Source of the DNA: an uncultured Chloroflexia bacterium
GTDB taxonomy: Bacteria; Chloroflexota; Limnocylindria; Limnocylindrales; CSP1-4
Reading direction: 5' to 3'
NCBI GenBank assembly: GCA_963752475.1
Contig: CAVVYR010000004.1
Location: 128,001 to 192,000 of the forward strand
Length of the DNA: 64,000 bases
The position numbers and the translations under genes are program-made. Under the pieces are notes generated by a model. The model was not told the origin of the DNA. It was given only the letters and a program-made list of their open reading frames with translations, and made no database searches. Shown piece after piece: positions 44,075 to 55,079 of the stretch (position 1 is its first letter; every line of letters starts with the position of its first letter).

Positions 44075-45940
44075 TCAGCCGGCCTCCGCGGTCGTCTCGG
44101 GGGTGCGCTCGGAGAGCTGCAGCCGCCACAGGCGGGCATAGAGCCCATCGGACGCGAGCAGCTCCTCGTGCGTGCCCAGCTCCAGCAGCCAGCCATCGTC
44201 GAGGACGGCGATGCGGTCGGCTCCGCGGATGGTCGAGAGCCGGTGTGCCACGACCACGGTCGTGCGGCCCTCCATCAGCCGTGACAAGGCCTCCTGCACC
44301 AGCCGTTCGGACTCGTTGTCGAGCGACGAGGTGGCCTCGTCGAGGATGAGGATGGGCGCGTCCTTGAGGATGGCGCGGGCGATGGCCACGCGCTGGCGCT
44401 GGCCACCGGAGAGCCGCGTGCCACGGTCGCCGATGACGGTCTGGTAGCCCTCCGGCAGGGCGCTGATGAAGTCGTGGGCGTTGGCCGCGCGCGCGGCCGC
44501 TTCCAGCTCCTCATCGGTAGCCTGGAGCCGGCCGTAGCGGATGTTCTCCTCCAGGGTCCCGCCGAAGACGCCTGCATCCTGGGGTACCAGCGAGACGGCC
44601 TCGCGCAGCGAGCGCAAGCGGAGCTCGCGGACGTCGTGCCCATCGACCCTGACGCGTCCGTCGGTCACGTCCCACAGCCGTGGGATGAGGTTGCAGAAGG
44701 TGGTCTTGCCGGCGCCCGACGGCCCCACCACCGCGAGCACCTCACCCGGCGCGATCCGCAGCGAGATGTCGCGCAGGACGGGCCGCTCGGGGTCGTAGCC
44801 GAAGGACATGCCCTCGAAGCTGATGGCGCCGCGGGTCTGCCGCAGCTCGGTCGCGCCGTCAGCGTCCTTGATGGTCGGTCGCTCGTCGATGATCTCGAAG
44901 ACGCGCACGACCGCGCCGGCACCCTCCTGGAACTGCCCGTAGATGCCGGCGATGGTCGAGAGTGACGTGCCGATGGTGATGCCGTAGAGCAGGAAGCTCG
45001 TCAGCGCGCCCAGGCTGATGGTGCCGTCGATGACGCGGTGGCCGGTGAACCAGAGCAGCACGATGAGCGTGCCGAAGCCGAGGATGAGCATCATCGAGCC
45101 GAAGAGCCCGCGGTAGGTCACGAGCCGGGTGGCCATGCTCACCACGCCCCGCAGGTCCTCGCCATAGCGGTGCCGCTCCCACTCCTCTCGGCCGAAGGAC
45201 TTGACCACGCGGATGCCGCTGAGCGCCTCCTCCGCGGTCGTGGTCGAGGCCGCGATCGAATCCTGCACGCGGGTCGAGAGGCGACGCAGCGGCCGGGCGA
45301 AGACGACTGCGAGGATGACCATCGCCGGCGCCAGCACGAGGATGACGATGAGCAGGTCCGGGCTGAGCAGGAAGAGCACGACGATCGAGCCGATGAGACT
45401 GAGCACCGACGAGAGCAGCGAGGTCAGCGTCTGCGTCAGCATCATGCGCACCTGCGTCACGTCGCTCGAAAGGCGGCTGATGAGCTCGCCCACCCGGCGC
45501 TTGACGTAGAAGTCGAGCTCCAGCGTCACGAGCCGGTCGAACACCTGCGCCCGCAGTCGCGCCACGATGCGCTCGCCGATGACGCCCAGCGACCAGGTCT
45601 GGGCGAAGCCGGCCACGGCCAGCACCAGCGTGATGCCCACGAGCATGAGCAGGATCTGGTCAAGTCCGGCGGCGTCGCCGGCGGTGACGACCTCGTTGAC
45701 CAGTCCGCCGATGACCAGCGGCAACAGCAGCCCGAAGGCGGTCGAGATGAGCAGCGCCACGACGGCCACCGCGAACAGCTTCGAGTGCGGACGCAGGTAG
45801 CCGAAGAGCCGCCCCCAGGGGATGCCGGTCAGTCGGGTGGCCCCGCTCTCCTCCTTCTCGTCGAGTTCGCGGTTCGGGTCACGAGCCGGACCGCGTCGGC
45901 GACGCCGACCGCCGAAGAACGAGCGCTGTGTGAATGCCAG
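44075..45940 (-). CDS. ABC exporter, fused TMD-NBD (MsbA-like); probable CTG start
   Basis: GELISRLSSD, GPSGAGKTT, LSGGQRQR, LDEATS, AHRLST; the frame stays open to CTG at 45940, 8 nt after AAAGGAGG. Confidence 0.88.
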   Translation of the reverse strand: MAFTQRSFFGGRRRRRGPARDPNRELDEKEESGATRLTGIPWGRLFGYLRPHSKLFAVAVVALLISTAFGLLLPLVIGGLVNEVVTAGDAAGLDQILLMLVGITLVLAVAGFAQTWSLGVIGERIVARLRAQVFDRLVTLELDFYVKRRVGELISRLSSDVTQVRMMLTQTLTSLLSSVLSLIGSIVVLFLLSPDLLIVILVLAPAMVILAVVFARPLRRLSTRVQDSIAASTTTAEEALSGIRVVKSFGREEWERHRYGEDLRGVVSMATRLVTYRGLFGSMMLILGFGTLIVLLWFTGHRVIDGTISLGALTSFLLYGITIGTSLSTIAGIYGQFQEGAGAVVRVFEIIDERPTIKDADGATELRQTRGAISFEGMSFGYDPERPVLRDISLRIAPGEVLAVVGPSGAGKTTFCNLIPRLWDVTDGRVRVDGHDVRELRLRSLREAVSLVPQDAGVFGGTLEENIRYGRLQATDEELEAAARAANAHDFISALPEGYQTVIGDRGTRLSGGQRQRVAIARAILKDAPILILDEATSSLDNESERLVQEALSRLMEGRTTVVVAHRLSTIRGADRIAVLDDGWLLELGTHEELLASDGLYARLWRLQLSERTPETTAEAG

Positions 45941-46153
45941 GGATCAGGCCTCCTTTGAGCCGTGAGGTCGTCGGCCCACGGTAGCGCCTGTGGCGGGATG
46001 CGGCTGCGAGAGCCACGAAGGAGCGCGGAGAAGTCCGCTGTGCCCGACGCCACGACATGGCTGCTAGGGTTGCCGCCGGTGCCGGTCCGTCGCGAGGCAA
46101 GAGGAGACTACTCGCAGCCGGCCACCCAGCGGGGGGAGCAGGGAGGTCCCGTG

Positions 46154-46666
46154 ATGGGACTCAAGACCACACTCATCGCCGCGGTCGCTGTCGGCCTCGT
46201 GGCAGGTTCGACGATCGGTGCCGTGGCGCAGGATGACTCCATGGCGCCAGCGGCGGTGACCGGCACGAGCACGGGCTTCGAGAAGCTGACCGAAGGCTCC
46301 AGGGAATGGGTCGATGGCGCACTCCGTGGTGAAGGGCTGATGTACGCCACCACATGGGAGGCGAGTGACCCGCGCCTCAGTGGCGCGGTTGCTCTCACCG
46401 CCAACCGCGACGAGTACGACCAAGAAGAGATGGCTGTCATAGCGGCTAGTGCGGCGGTCGAGAATGATGACGGTCGATGGGCCGGCTCCGGGACCTATCT
46501 CGAAGGTGAGGAGCTCGGCGAGACCTGGACCTTGGTCATGCAGGGTCAGGACGCATACGAGGGCCTGACGGCGCTCGTCGTGATGGGCCCCGGGGGCCGG
46601 TCGTTCGCTGCCGCCATCTTCCCTGGCGAGATGCCGAAGCTCCCCGAGGAGCCGCCTGCCGAGTAG
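46154..46666 (+). CDS. Secreted hypothetical protein (beta-rich)
   Basis: GGAGG RBS; signal peptide ending AVAQ; SDPRLSG motif. Confidence 0.75.
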   Translation: MGLKTTLIAAVAVGLVAGSTIGAVAQDDSMAPAAVTGTSTGFEKLTEGSREWVDGALRGEGLMYATTWEASDPRLSGAVALTANRDEYDQEEMAVIAASAAVENDDGRWAGSGTYLEGEELGETWTLVMQGQDAYEGLTALVVMGPGGRSFAAAIFPGEMPKLPEEPPAE

Positions 46667-46690
46667 CGGGCTGACCCCGCGAGGCTGTGG

Positions 46691-49339
46691 CTAGGCCTTG
46701 GCCAGCAAGCGCTTGAGCTTGGGTACCGCGGCGAGGGCCGTCGGCGAGTCACGCATGGGCAGGTCGGTGCGGCGCTTTCCATCGAAGGCGTAGAGCGCGC
46801 CGGCCACGGCCGCCGCCGTGGGCACCAGCACCGCTTCGCCCATGCCCTTGGCGCCATAGGGGCCCTCCGGCTGGAACTCCTCCACCAGGATCGTCTCCAC
46901 CGGCGGCATGCCCGACGCGGGGATGATGTTGAGCGACTTCAGCTTGTCGGTGGTGGGGAAGCCGCCCTCGGTCTCGAACGTCTCGCTCAGCGTGTGACCC
47001 AGGCCCATGTGTACGCCGCCCACGACCTGGCCCTCGAGCATCAACGGGTCGAGCGCCTTGCCCACGTCGTGCGCGGCGATGAACTTCTCGATCGCGCCAT
47101 CGTCATCGAGGATGCAGACCTGCGTGGCCCAGCCGTAGCCGAAGTGCGTGATGGGCTCCTCGACGCTCTCGTCGCCCAGCTTGGTCGTCCAGTCCACGAC
47201 GACCTCGGCCCCGAAGGACTCGCCGGCAAGGTCGTCCAGGCGGCACCGTCGCGTGACCATCTCCTTGCGCAGCTTCTCGCAGGCCTGCAGCACTGCCCGA
47301 CCACCCAGCATCGTGGCGCGCGAGGCCGTGGTGATGCCGGTGTCGAGCTCGTAGCTCGTGTCGACGCGGACCTCGATCGACTCGGGCGGCAGGTCCAGCT
47401 CGTCGGACGCGATCTGGCGCATGACCGTGTGGGTCCCCTGCCCCATCTCCGTCCACGAGTGGTAGACCGTCAGTCGGCCGTCGCCCTCAGGCCGCACGAC
47501 CGCTCGCCCGAACTCCTTCATGCCGTTGCCGATGCCCGTGTTCTTGGCACCACAGGCGATGCCGGCGTACTTGGCGTTCCTGTACTGGTCCTTGACCGCC
47601 AACAGCGTGTCCTTCAGGCCCACGCCCGGGCCCAGCTTCTGGCCGGTGCCGAAGCGCTTCCCCTCTTCGAGTGCGTTGCGCCAACGGATCTCCCAGCCGT
47701 CGATGCCCACCGCCTCCGCCAGTCGGTCGAGCAGCGTCTCCATGCCGAAGTTGGCCTGGTTGGCACCGAAGCCGCGCATCGCGCCACAGGGCGGGTTGTT
47801 GGTCAGGATGGCGTTGGCCACCACGTCGACGTTGGGCACCTCGTACGCGCTGCAGGCGTGACCCGCGGCACGCTCGAGCACCTTGGCCCCGACGCTGGCA
47901 TAGCCGCCGTTGTCGCCGATGAAGCGCGCCTTGACGGCGGTCAGCTTCCCCTCGGCGTCACAGCCGACGGTGTACTCCATCCAGAAGCGATGGCGCTTGA
48001 TGGAGAAGCGCAGCGAATTGGCGCGGCTGAGCGCCAGCAGCACCGGGCGATCGGCCGCCAGTGCCAGCAGCGCGGCGTGGCCCTGGACGTTGAGGTCCTC
48101 CTTGCCGCCGAAGGCGCCGCCGGTGGCGACCTGCGTGACCAGCACGTCACCCTGCTCCCAGCCGAGGAGCGAGGCGATCTGGCGTCGGTCCTCCCACGCG
48201 CCCTGGCCCTGCGAGAGGACGTGCATACGCGGTCCCTCGCCGTTCTGGGGTACGGCCAGCGAGGACTCGGGCTCCAGGTAGGCATGCTCGATACCGGCGG
48301 TCTTGAAGGTGTCGGTGACGACGTGCGCGGAGCTCGCCAGCGCGGCCTCCGTGTCTCCGCGGGCATAGGCCGATTCGGAGAGCACGTTGCCCTCGGGTGC
48401 GATCTGCGGGGCACCGTCGGCCATGGCCTCGAAGGGGTCGGTCAAGGGCTCGAGCACCTCGTACTCGATCTCGACCAGCTCGGCCGCGGCACGGGCCTGA
48501 GCGCGTGTCTCCGCCGCTACCGCCGCGAGCACGTCACCGACATAGCGTGTGGTCTCGCCCTCGGCGACGAGCTGCCGCCAGTCATCGGTGATGAGACCCT
48601 GGTTGCGCTTGCCGGGGACATCGGCCGCGGTGATGACCGCGACCACGCCCGGAGCGGCCTCGGCCGCAGAGGTGTCGATCGACTTGACCACCGCTCGCGG
48701 ATGGTCGCTGAAGCGCAGGGCGCCGTGGAGCATGCCCGGGACGATGTGGTCGGCCACGTACTCCTGCATGCCCAGCACCTGCTCGCGCGAGCGGTACTTG
48801 GGTGCCGGATCGCCGACCGCGGCGCCCGGATGCGGCGCCGGCCGAGGACCGCCATTGCGTGCCACAGCCACCTGGCCGATGGCGTCGACGATCGAGAGGT
48901 AGCCCGTGCAGCGGCAGAGGTTGCCGGCGAGGGCCTTGGTGATGGTGTCGCGCTCGGGCTCGGCATCCTTGCGCAGCAGCGCCTCCGCCTTCATCACGAT
49001 GCCCGGGGTGCAGTAGCCGCACTGCGAGGCACCGGTGGCGCTGAAGGCATCGGCCCACAGGTCGCGCGAGTCCTCGGGCAGGCCCTCGAGCGTCTCGATC
49101 TCCTTGCCCTCGAAGCGCTCCGCCGGCTGGGCACACGAGACGACGGGACGGCCGTCGACGATGACGGTGCAGGCGCCACAGGAACCCTCGGGCGCACATC
49201 CATCCTTCATCGAACGCAGCCCGAGCTGGTTGCGCAGTAGGTAGAGCAGCGAGGTGCCCGCCTCGAAGTCGACCGAGCGGTCCTGTCCGTTGAGGGTGAT
49301 GTCCACGAGTCCTGCCATCCGTGCGTGAAGCGGTGCCAT
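46691..49339 (-). CDS. xdh: Molybdenum hydroxylase, 2x[2Fe-2S] plus Mo subunit fusion (selenium-dependent xanthine dehydrogenase type); alternative start 49318
   Basis: GCAPEGSCGAC, QCGYCTPG, NLCRCTGY, GGAFGGKED, AMRGFG, EMGQG, TTASR, GAKGMGE. Confidence 0.88.
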   Translation of the reverse strand: MAPLHARMAGLVDITLNGQDRSVDFEAGTSLLYLLRNQLGLRSMKDGCAPEGSCGACTVIVDGRPVVSCAQPAERFEGKEIETLEGLPEDSRDLWADAFSATGASQCGYCTPGIVMKAEALLRKDAEPERDTITKALAGNLCRCTGYLSIVDAIGQVAVARNGGPRPAPHPGAAVGDPAPKYRSREQVLGMQEYVADHIVPGMLHGALRFSDHPRAVVKSIDTSAAEAAPGVVAVITAADVPGKRNQGLITDDWRQLVAEGETTRYVGDVLAAVAAETRAQARAAAELVEIEYEVLEPLTDPFEAMADGAPQIAPEGNVLSESAYARGDTEAALASSAHVVTDTFKTAGIEHAYLEPESSLAVPQNGEGPRMHVLSQGQGAWEDRRQIASLLGWEQGDVLVTQVATGGAFGGKEDLNVQGHAALLALAADRPVLLALSRANSLRFSIKRHRFWMEYTVGCDAEGKLTAVKARFIGDNGGYASVGAKVLERAAGHACSAYEVPNVDVVANAILTNNPPCGAMRGFGANQANFGMETLLDRLAEAVGIDGWEIRWRNALEEGKRFGTGQKLGPGVGLKDTLLAVKDQYRNAKYAGIACGAKNTGIGNGMKEFGRAVVRPEGDGRLTVYHSWTEMGQGTHTVMRQIASDELDLPPESIEVRVDTSYELDTGITTASRATMLGGRAVLQACEKLRKEMVTRRCRLDDLAGESFGAEVVVDWTTKLGDESVEEPITHFGYGWATQVCILDDDGAIEKFIAAHDVGKALDPLMLEGQVVGGVHMGLGHTLSETFETEGGFPTTDKLKSLNIIPASGMPPVETILVEEFQPEGPYGAKGMGEAVLVPTAAAVAGALYAFDGKRRTDLPMRDSPTALAAVPKLKRLLAKA

Positions 49340-49499
49340 GTGGCACTTCCGACACCCTACCCTTATCAGACACCGTTAGGCTAGGTGAACCTGCCGGCAG
49401 CGCTGCCGCCCAGATCCAGGCACGTGCCGCAGGCCCGTCGCACGTCGAGGCGAGACCCCTGTTCGGCGACGGTTACGACGAACAAAGTGGAGGCGACGT

Positions 49500-50983
<1,484 letters not shown>

Positions 50984-50987
<4 letters not shown>

Positions 50988-52360
50988 TCGCGAGCCGCCT
51001 CGTCTGCGCCGGTTGCGGCGCTGAGGTGCCTGCCGAGACGCCCATCGTGTGGGCTTGCCCGGCAGCAAGGGACGGCGACGATATCGACCACGTGCTGCAG
51101 CGGATCGTCGAGCCCGCGGCTGCCGCTGGCGAGCCGGACGACGAGCCCAGCCCGAACCCCTTCCTGCGCTATCGCCGGCGCTTCCACTCCTATCACGTGG
51201 CCATGGCCGCAGGCTGGAGCGACGAGCGCTTCACCGATCTGGTCGTCAGCCTCGATGAGGCCATCGCGGCGGTCGACGGCACGGGGTTCCGGACCACGCC
51301 CCTGGTGCGTTCCGCCGGGCTCGACGCTGAGCTCGGCTTCGGACCCGACGGCGGCGTCTTCGTGAAGGACGAGACCGGGAACGTGTCGGGCTCACACAAG
51401 GCGCGCCACCTCATGGGCGTGATGCTCGCGCTCAAGGTGGCCGAGGACATCGGTGCCGCCGACCCGGAGACCCCGCTGGCCATCGCCTCGTGCGGCAATG
51501 CCGCGCTGGCGGCGGCGGTCGTGGCCAGGGCGGCCGAGCGTCGCCTGCGTGTGTTCGTGCTACCCGGTGCGGAGCCGGCGGTCATGGCTCGCCTCGAGGC
51601 GCTGGGCGCGGAGCTCGAGGTCTGCGAACGACAGCCCGGTCGCTCGGGCGACCCCTCGGTGCATCGGCTGATGGACGCCATCGCCGACGGTGCGGTCCCC
51701 TTCACGGTGCAGGGCAACCTCAACGGACTCGCCATCGAGGGCGGGCAGACGCTGGCCTGGGAGCTGCTCGACCAGCTCAAGGACGAGGGGGTCGAGCTCG
51801 ACCGGCTCGTCATCCATGTCGGCGGCGGGGCCTTCGCCTCGTCCGCGGCCCAGGCTCTCGAGGAGGCCGTGGACGCCCGCGCCATCGCGGCGGTACCGGT
51901 CATCGACACCGTCCAGACGCAGGGTGGCCATCCGCTCAAGCGGGCCCATGACCGCGCGCTCGACCACCTCGAGGCCCAAGCTGGCACTCCGGTCGACCCC
52001 AAGCAGGTCGCCGGGGCCATCTCACAGGCGGTGCATCACCGCTCGGACTACATGTGGGCGTGGGAGACCGAACCGGTGTCGGTCGCTCACGGCATCCTCG
52101 ATGACGAGACGTACGACTGGGCAGCCGTCGTCCGTGCCATGCTCATCAGCGGCGGGCGTTCGCTGGTGGTCGACGAGGCCACGCTCGAAGCCGCCAACGC
52201 CCTGGCACTACCCCGGGTCGGGGTCGATGCCGACCACACTGGAACCGCCGGCCTCGCCGGCCTCATCCAGCTCACCCGCGACGGGATCGTCAGCCCGGAC
52301 GAGAACGTGGCAGTGATCTTCAGCGGGGCCCGACGCTCGTCGGACGCCCCCAGCAGCTAG
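50984..52360 (+). CDS. PLP-dependent threonine synthase-like enzyme with N-terminal Cys-rich motif
   Basis: GTGA overlap; CAGC..WACP; TPL, KDETGNVSGSHKAR, ASCGNAA, VGGG. Confidence 0.85.
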
Positions 52361-52382
52361 CAACAGGAGGAACACACCCCCG

Positions 52383-53339
52383 ATGAGAAGCTTTGCCGGC
52401 CGCGACATCCTGTCGCTCAAGGACATGACGCGCGACGAGTACCTGCGCATCTTCCAGGTCTGCGACGACCTGGCCCCGATCGCACGCGATCGCCGCAACA
52501 CCGACCTCCTCAAGGACAAGACGCTGCTGACCGCGTTCTATCAGCCGTCCACCCGAACGCGCCTCTCGACCGAGGCCGCGATGCACCGCCTCGGTGGCGC
52601 TGTGCAGGGTTTCAGCGACGCCAAGATGACCCGCGCCGGCGACTTCTACATGGAGTCGCTCAAGGACACCTTCCACATGCTGGAGTACTACGGCGACGTC
52701 ATCGCCATCCGGCACTACCAGCAGGGTGCGCCGCACGAGGCCGCCAAGTGGTCGTCCGTGCCCATCATCAACTGCGGCGACGGCTGGGGCGAGCACCCCA
52801 CGCAGGTGCTGACCGACCTCTACACCATCTGGAAGGAAAAGGGCTCGCTCGACGGGCTCAAGGTCATCCTGGTCGGTGACATGCGCATGCGCACCATGCA
52901 CTCGATCCTCTACGCCATGTCGCGTTTCGACATGGAGGCCATCATCATCGGCCCCGATGAGATGAGCCTGCTGCCCGAGTTCAAGGCTGAGCTCGACGAG
53001 CGCTCCACCTACTACCGCGAGGTCGGCGATATCCGCGATGTCATCGGCGAGGCCGATGTCATCTACATGGAGCCGGTCGTCCAGGCCGACTACACCAAGG
53101 GTCGCGTGGATGAGAAGGACGTGGAGAAGGGCCTCACCCCGCCCGAGTACGTCGTCAACCTCAAGCTCCTGCACGAGAAGGCCAAGCGCGACGCGTTCGT
53201 GCTGCACAGCCTGCCGCGCATGGACGAGCTCACCCAGGACGTCGACGAGACCCGCTTCGGCCGCTACTGGGTGGAGGCCTTCAACGGCGTGGTCATGCGC
53301 ATGGCGCTGCTGACCCTCGTCCTGGGCAAGGCCGAGTAA
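52383..53339 (+). CDS. Aspartate carbamoyltransferase-like protein with altered acceptor site
   Basis: PSTRTRLS, IRH, INCGDG.GEHPTQ, RTMHS, HSLPR; YMEPVVQ replaces the ATCase YxTRxQxER motif. Confidence 0.85.
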   Translation: MRSFAGRDILSLKDMTRDEYLRIFQVCDDLAPIARDRRNTDLLKDKTLLTAFYQPSTRTRLSTEAAMHRLGGAVQGFSDAKMTRAGDFYMESLKDTFHMLEYYGDVIAIRHYQQGAPHEAAKWSSVPIINCGDGWGEHPTQVLTDLYTIWKEKGSLDGLKVILVGDMRMRTMHSILYAMSRFDMEAIIIGPDEMSLLPEFKAELDERSTYYREVGDIRDVIGEADVIYMEPVVQADYTKGRVDEKDVEKGLTPPEYVVNLKLLHEKAKRDAFVLHSLPRMDELTQDVDETRFGRYWVEAFNGVVMRMALLTLVLGKAE

Positions 53340-53350
53340 GGGGCCGCACG

Positions 53351-54328
53351 ATGCAGACCGGACTTCGTGGGCGCGACCTCATCGCGCTTTCGGACTGGAC
53401 CAACGAAGAGATCGAGACCGCGCTCGACGTGGCCTTCGAGCTCAAGCGCAAGCGCGCACTCGGCGAGCGCCACGCCTACCTCCTGGACAAGACGCTGGCG
53501 ATGCTGTTCTTCTTCAGCAGCACCCGCACGCGTGCCTCGTTCGAGGCGGGCATGGCCCAGCTCGGCGGGCACGGCATGTTCATGGAGAGCCGCACCACGC
53601 AGATCGCTCACGGCGACACGGCCACCGAGATCGGCGAGATCCTGGGCCGCTACAACGATGGCATCGCCATCCGCCACGTGACCCCGGGCGAAGGCAACGA
53701 GTACATCCGCGCGGTGGCCGAGGCCTCGCGCGTGCCCGTGCTCAACATGCAGTGCGAGACGTACCACCCCTTCCAGATCCTCGCGGACCTGATGACGATC
53801 ATCGAGAAGAAGGGGCAGCTCAAGGGCCAGTCGATCACCATCAGCTGGGCCTACGCATCCTCGTACCAGAAGCCCATCTCGGTGCCGCAATCGCTGCTAC
53901 TGGCCGCGACGCGCTTCGGCATGGACGTCAAGCTCGTGCACCCGCCCGAGTTCAAGCTCATGCCGCAGATCATGGAAGAGGCCCGCGCCAACGTGGCCAG
54001 GGCCGGTGGCGCCTTCGAGCAGCTGACCGACTTCGATGCCGGCTTTGACGGTGCCGATGTGGTCTACGCCAAGTCGTGGGGCGCTCACACCCTGGGTGTC
54101 TCCGACGAGGAGGGCGCCAAGATCTCCGGGCAGTACACCGACTGGATCTCCGATGAGCGGCGCATGGCCATGACGGCCGACGACGCAATCTGGATGCATC
54201 CGCTGCCGGCGGACCGTGGCGTGGAGGTGGCCGATGCGGTCATCGACGGGCCCAAGTCCGCGGCCTTCGACGAGGCCGAGAACCGGCTCCACGCCCAGAA
54301 GGCGGTGATGGCCCTGACCATGGGCTGA
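53351..54328 (+). CDS. YgeW-like (knotted-type) carbamoyltransferase
   Basis: SSTRTRASF, QIAHGDT, HPFQ, SWAYASSYQKPISVPQS, VYAKSWG, MHPLPADRGVEV, DEAENRLH. Confidence 0.82.
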   Translation: MQTGLRGRDLIALSDWTNEEIETALDVAFELKRKRALGERHAYLLDKTLAMLFFFSSTRTRASFEAGMAQLGGHGMFMESRTTQIAHGDTATEIGEILGRYNDGIAIRHVTPGEGNEYIRAVAEASRVPVLNMQCETYHPFQILADLMTIIEKKGQLKGQSITISWAYASSYQKPISVPQSLLLAATRFGMDVKLVHPPEFKLMPQIMEEARANVARAGGAFEQLTDFDAGFDGADVVYAKSWGAHTLGVSDEEGAKISGQYTDWISDERRMAMTADDAIWMHPLPADRGVEVADAVIDGPKSAAFDEAENRLHAQKAVMALTMG

Positions 54329-54353
54329 TCCCCGCGCTCACCACGCGATACTT

Positions 54354-54391
54354 GAAGGCGCGGCACTCGGGAGAGGGTGCCGCGCCTTCTT
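54354..54391 (+). terminator. Intrinsic terminator ending the PLP/carbamoyltransferase operon
   Basis: GAAGGCGCGGCACTC...GGGTGCCGCGCCTTC-TT. Confidence 0.7.
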
Positions 54392-54643
54392 GCGTCACTC
54401 AGCCTGTTTGCGTCGCTCGGCGTTCGGCAGCTCGCAGGTGTGCGTGGTGCTGTGCTCGGCCGACGTGCTGGATCTGGGCGCAGGAATGCGCCACACCCCG
54501 AGGAGGCGGCGCGCTTGGTACGAGTCCGGGCGCCCTCGATGGCGCCGACTCACACTCGACCGCCGCGAATGGTCGGTGGTGCCGACCGGCTCTAGACGCG
54601 GCGTCCTCGACTCGCCACACTGGCCTCCTGAGGAGGTGCGCTG

Positions 54644-55066
54644 ATGCGAGTGGTGCGAGGGGCGGCCAACGCCGTCCTGATGGTGACGTTGATCAAGCCG
54701 CTGGCGCGGCTGATGGTGGGCAGATGGCGGAAGCAGGTGCAGGAGTCGCCAGCGGCCTCGCTCGGCATCCCCATGCAGGAGATGTTGGAGGCTGCCCTGG
54801 TCGAAGAGTTGGGGCCGGCTACGACTGAGAGTCAGGCAGCGGAGCTCGAGGCGGCCGTGACCGAGGCAGGACGGAGCACGCTCCGGCTGCTGCTTCTGGC
54901 AGGGATCGTGATCGCGGCCACCACGGCCACGGCCTACGCGGTGGCGAGCTACATCGGCCGACGGCGCAAGGCGCAAGCCGAAGAGCACAAGCTCGTGGCC
55001 GTGTCCATCGAGACCGACTCGCCGCAGCCGATCGAGGATGTGGCCCAGGAGGCGCTGTCCGGCTGA
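54644..55066 (+). CDS. Hypothetical membrane protein
   Basis: GAGGAGG RBS; TM LLLLAGIVIAATTATAYAVASYI followed by RRRK. Confidence 0.7.
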   Translation: MRVVRGAANAVLMVTLIKPLARLMVGRWRKQVQESPAASLGIPMQEMLEAALVEELGPATTESQAAELEAAVTEAGRSTLRLLLLAGIVIAATTATAYAVASYIGRRRKAQAEEHKLVAVSIETDSPQPIEDVAQEALSG

Positions 55067-55079
55067 GGCCGCGCTCGGA

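Noticed and set aside
46691-49339. Selenocysteine recoding in the Se-type Xdh
   Set aside because: There is no in-frame TGA; this family uses a labile Se cofactor
54392-54643. Riboswitch or ncRNA in the longer intergenic regions (also 15993-16347 and 4492-4628)
   Set aside because: I recognised no conserved riboswitch or ncRNA motif by eye; an Rfam/Infernal scan would be needed
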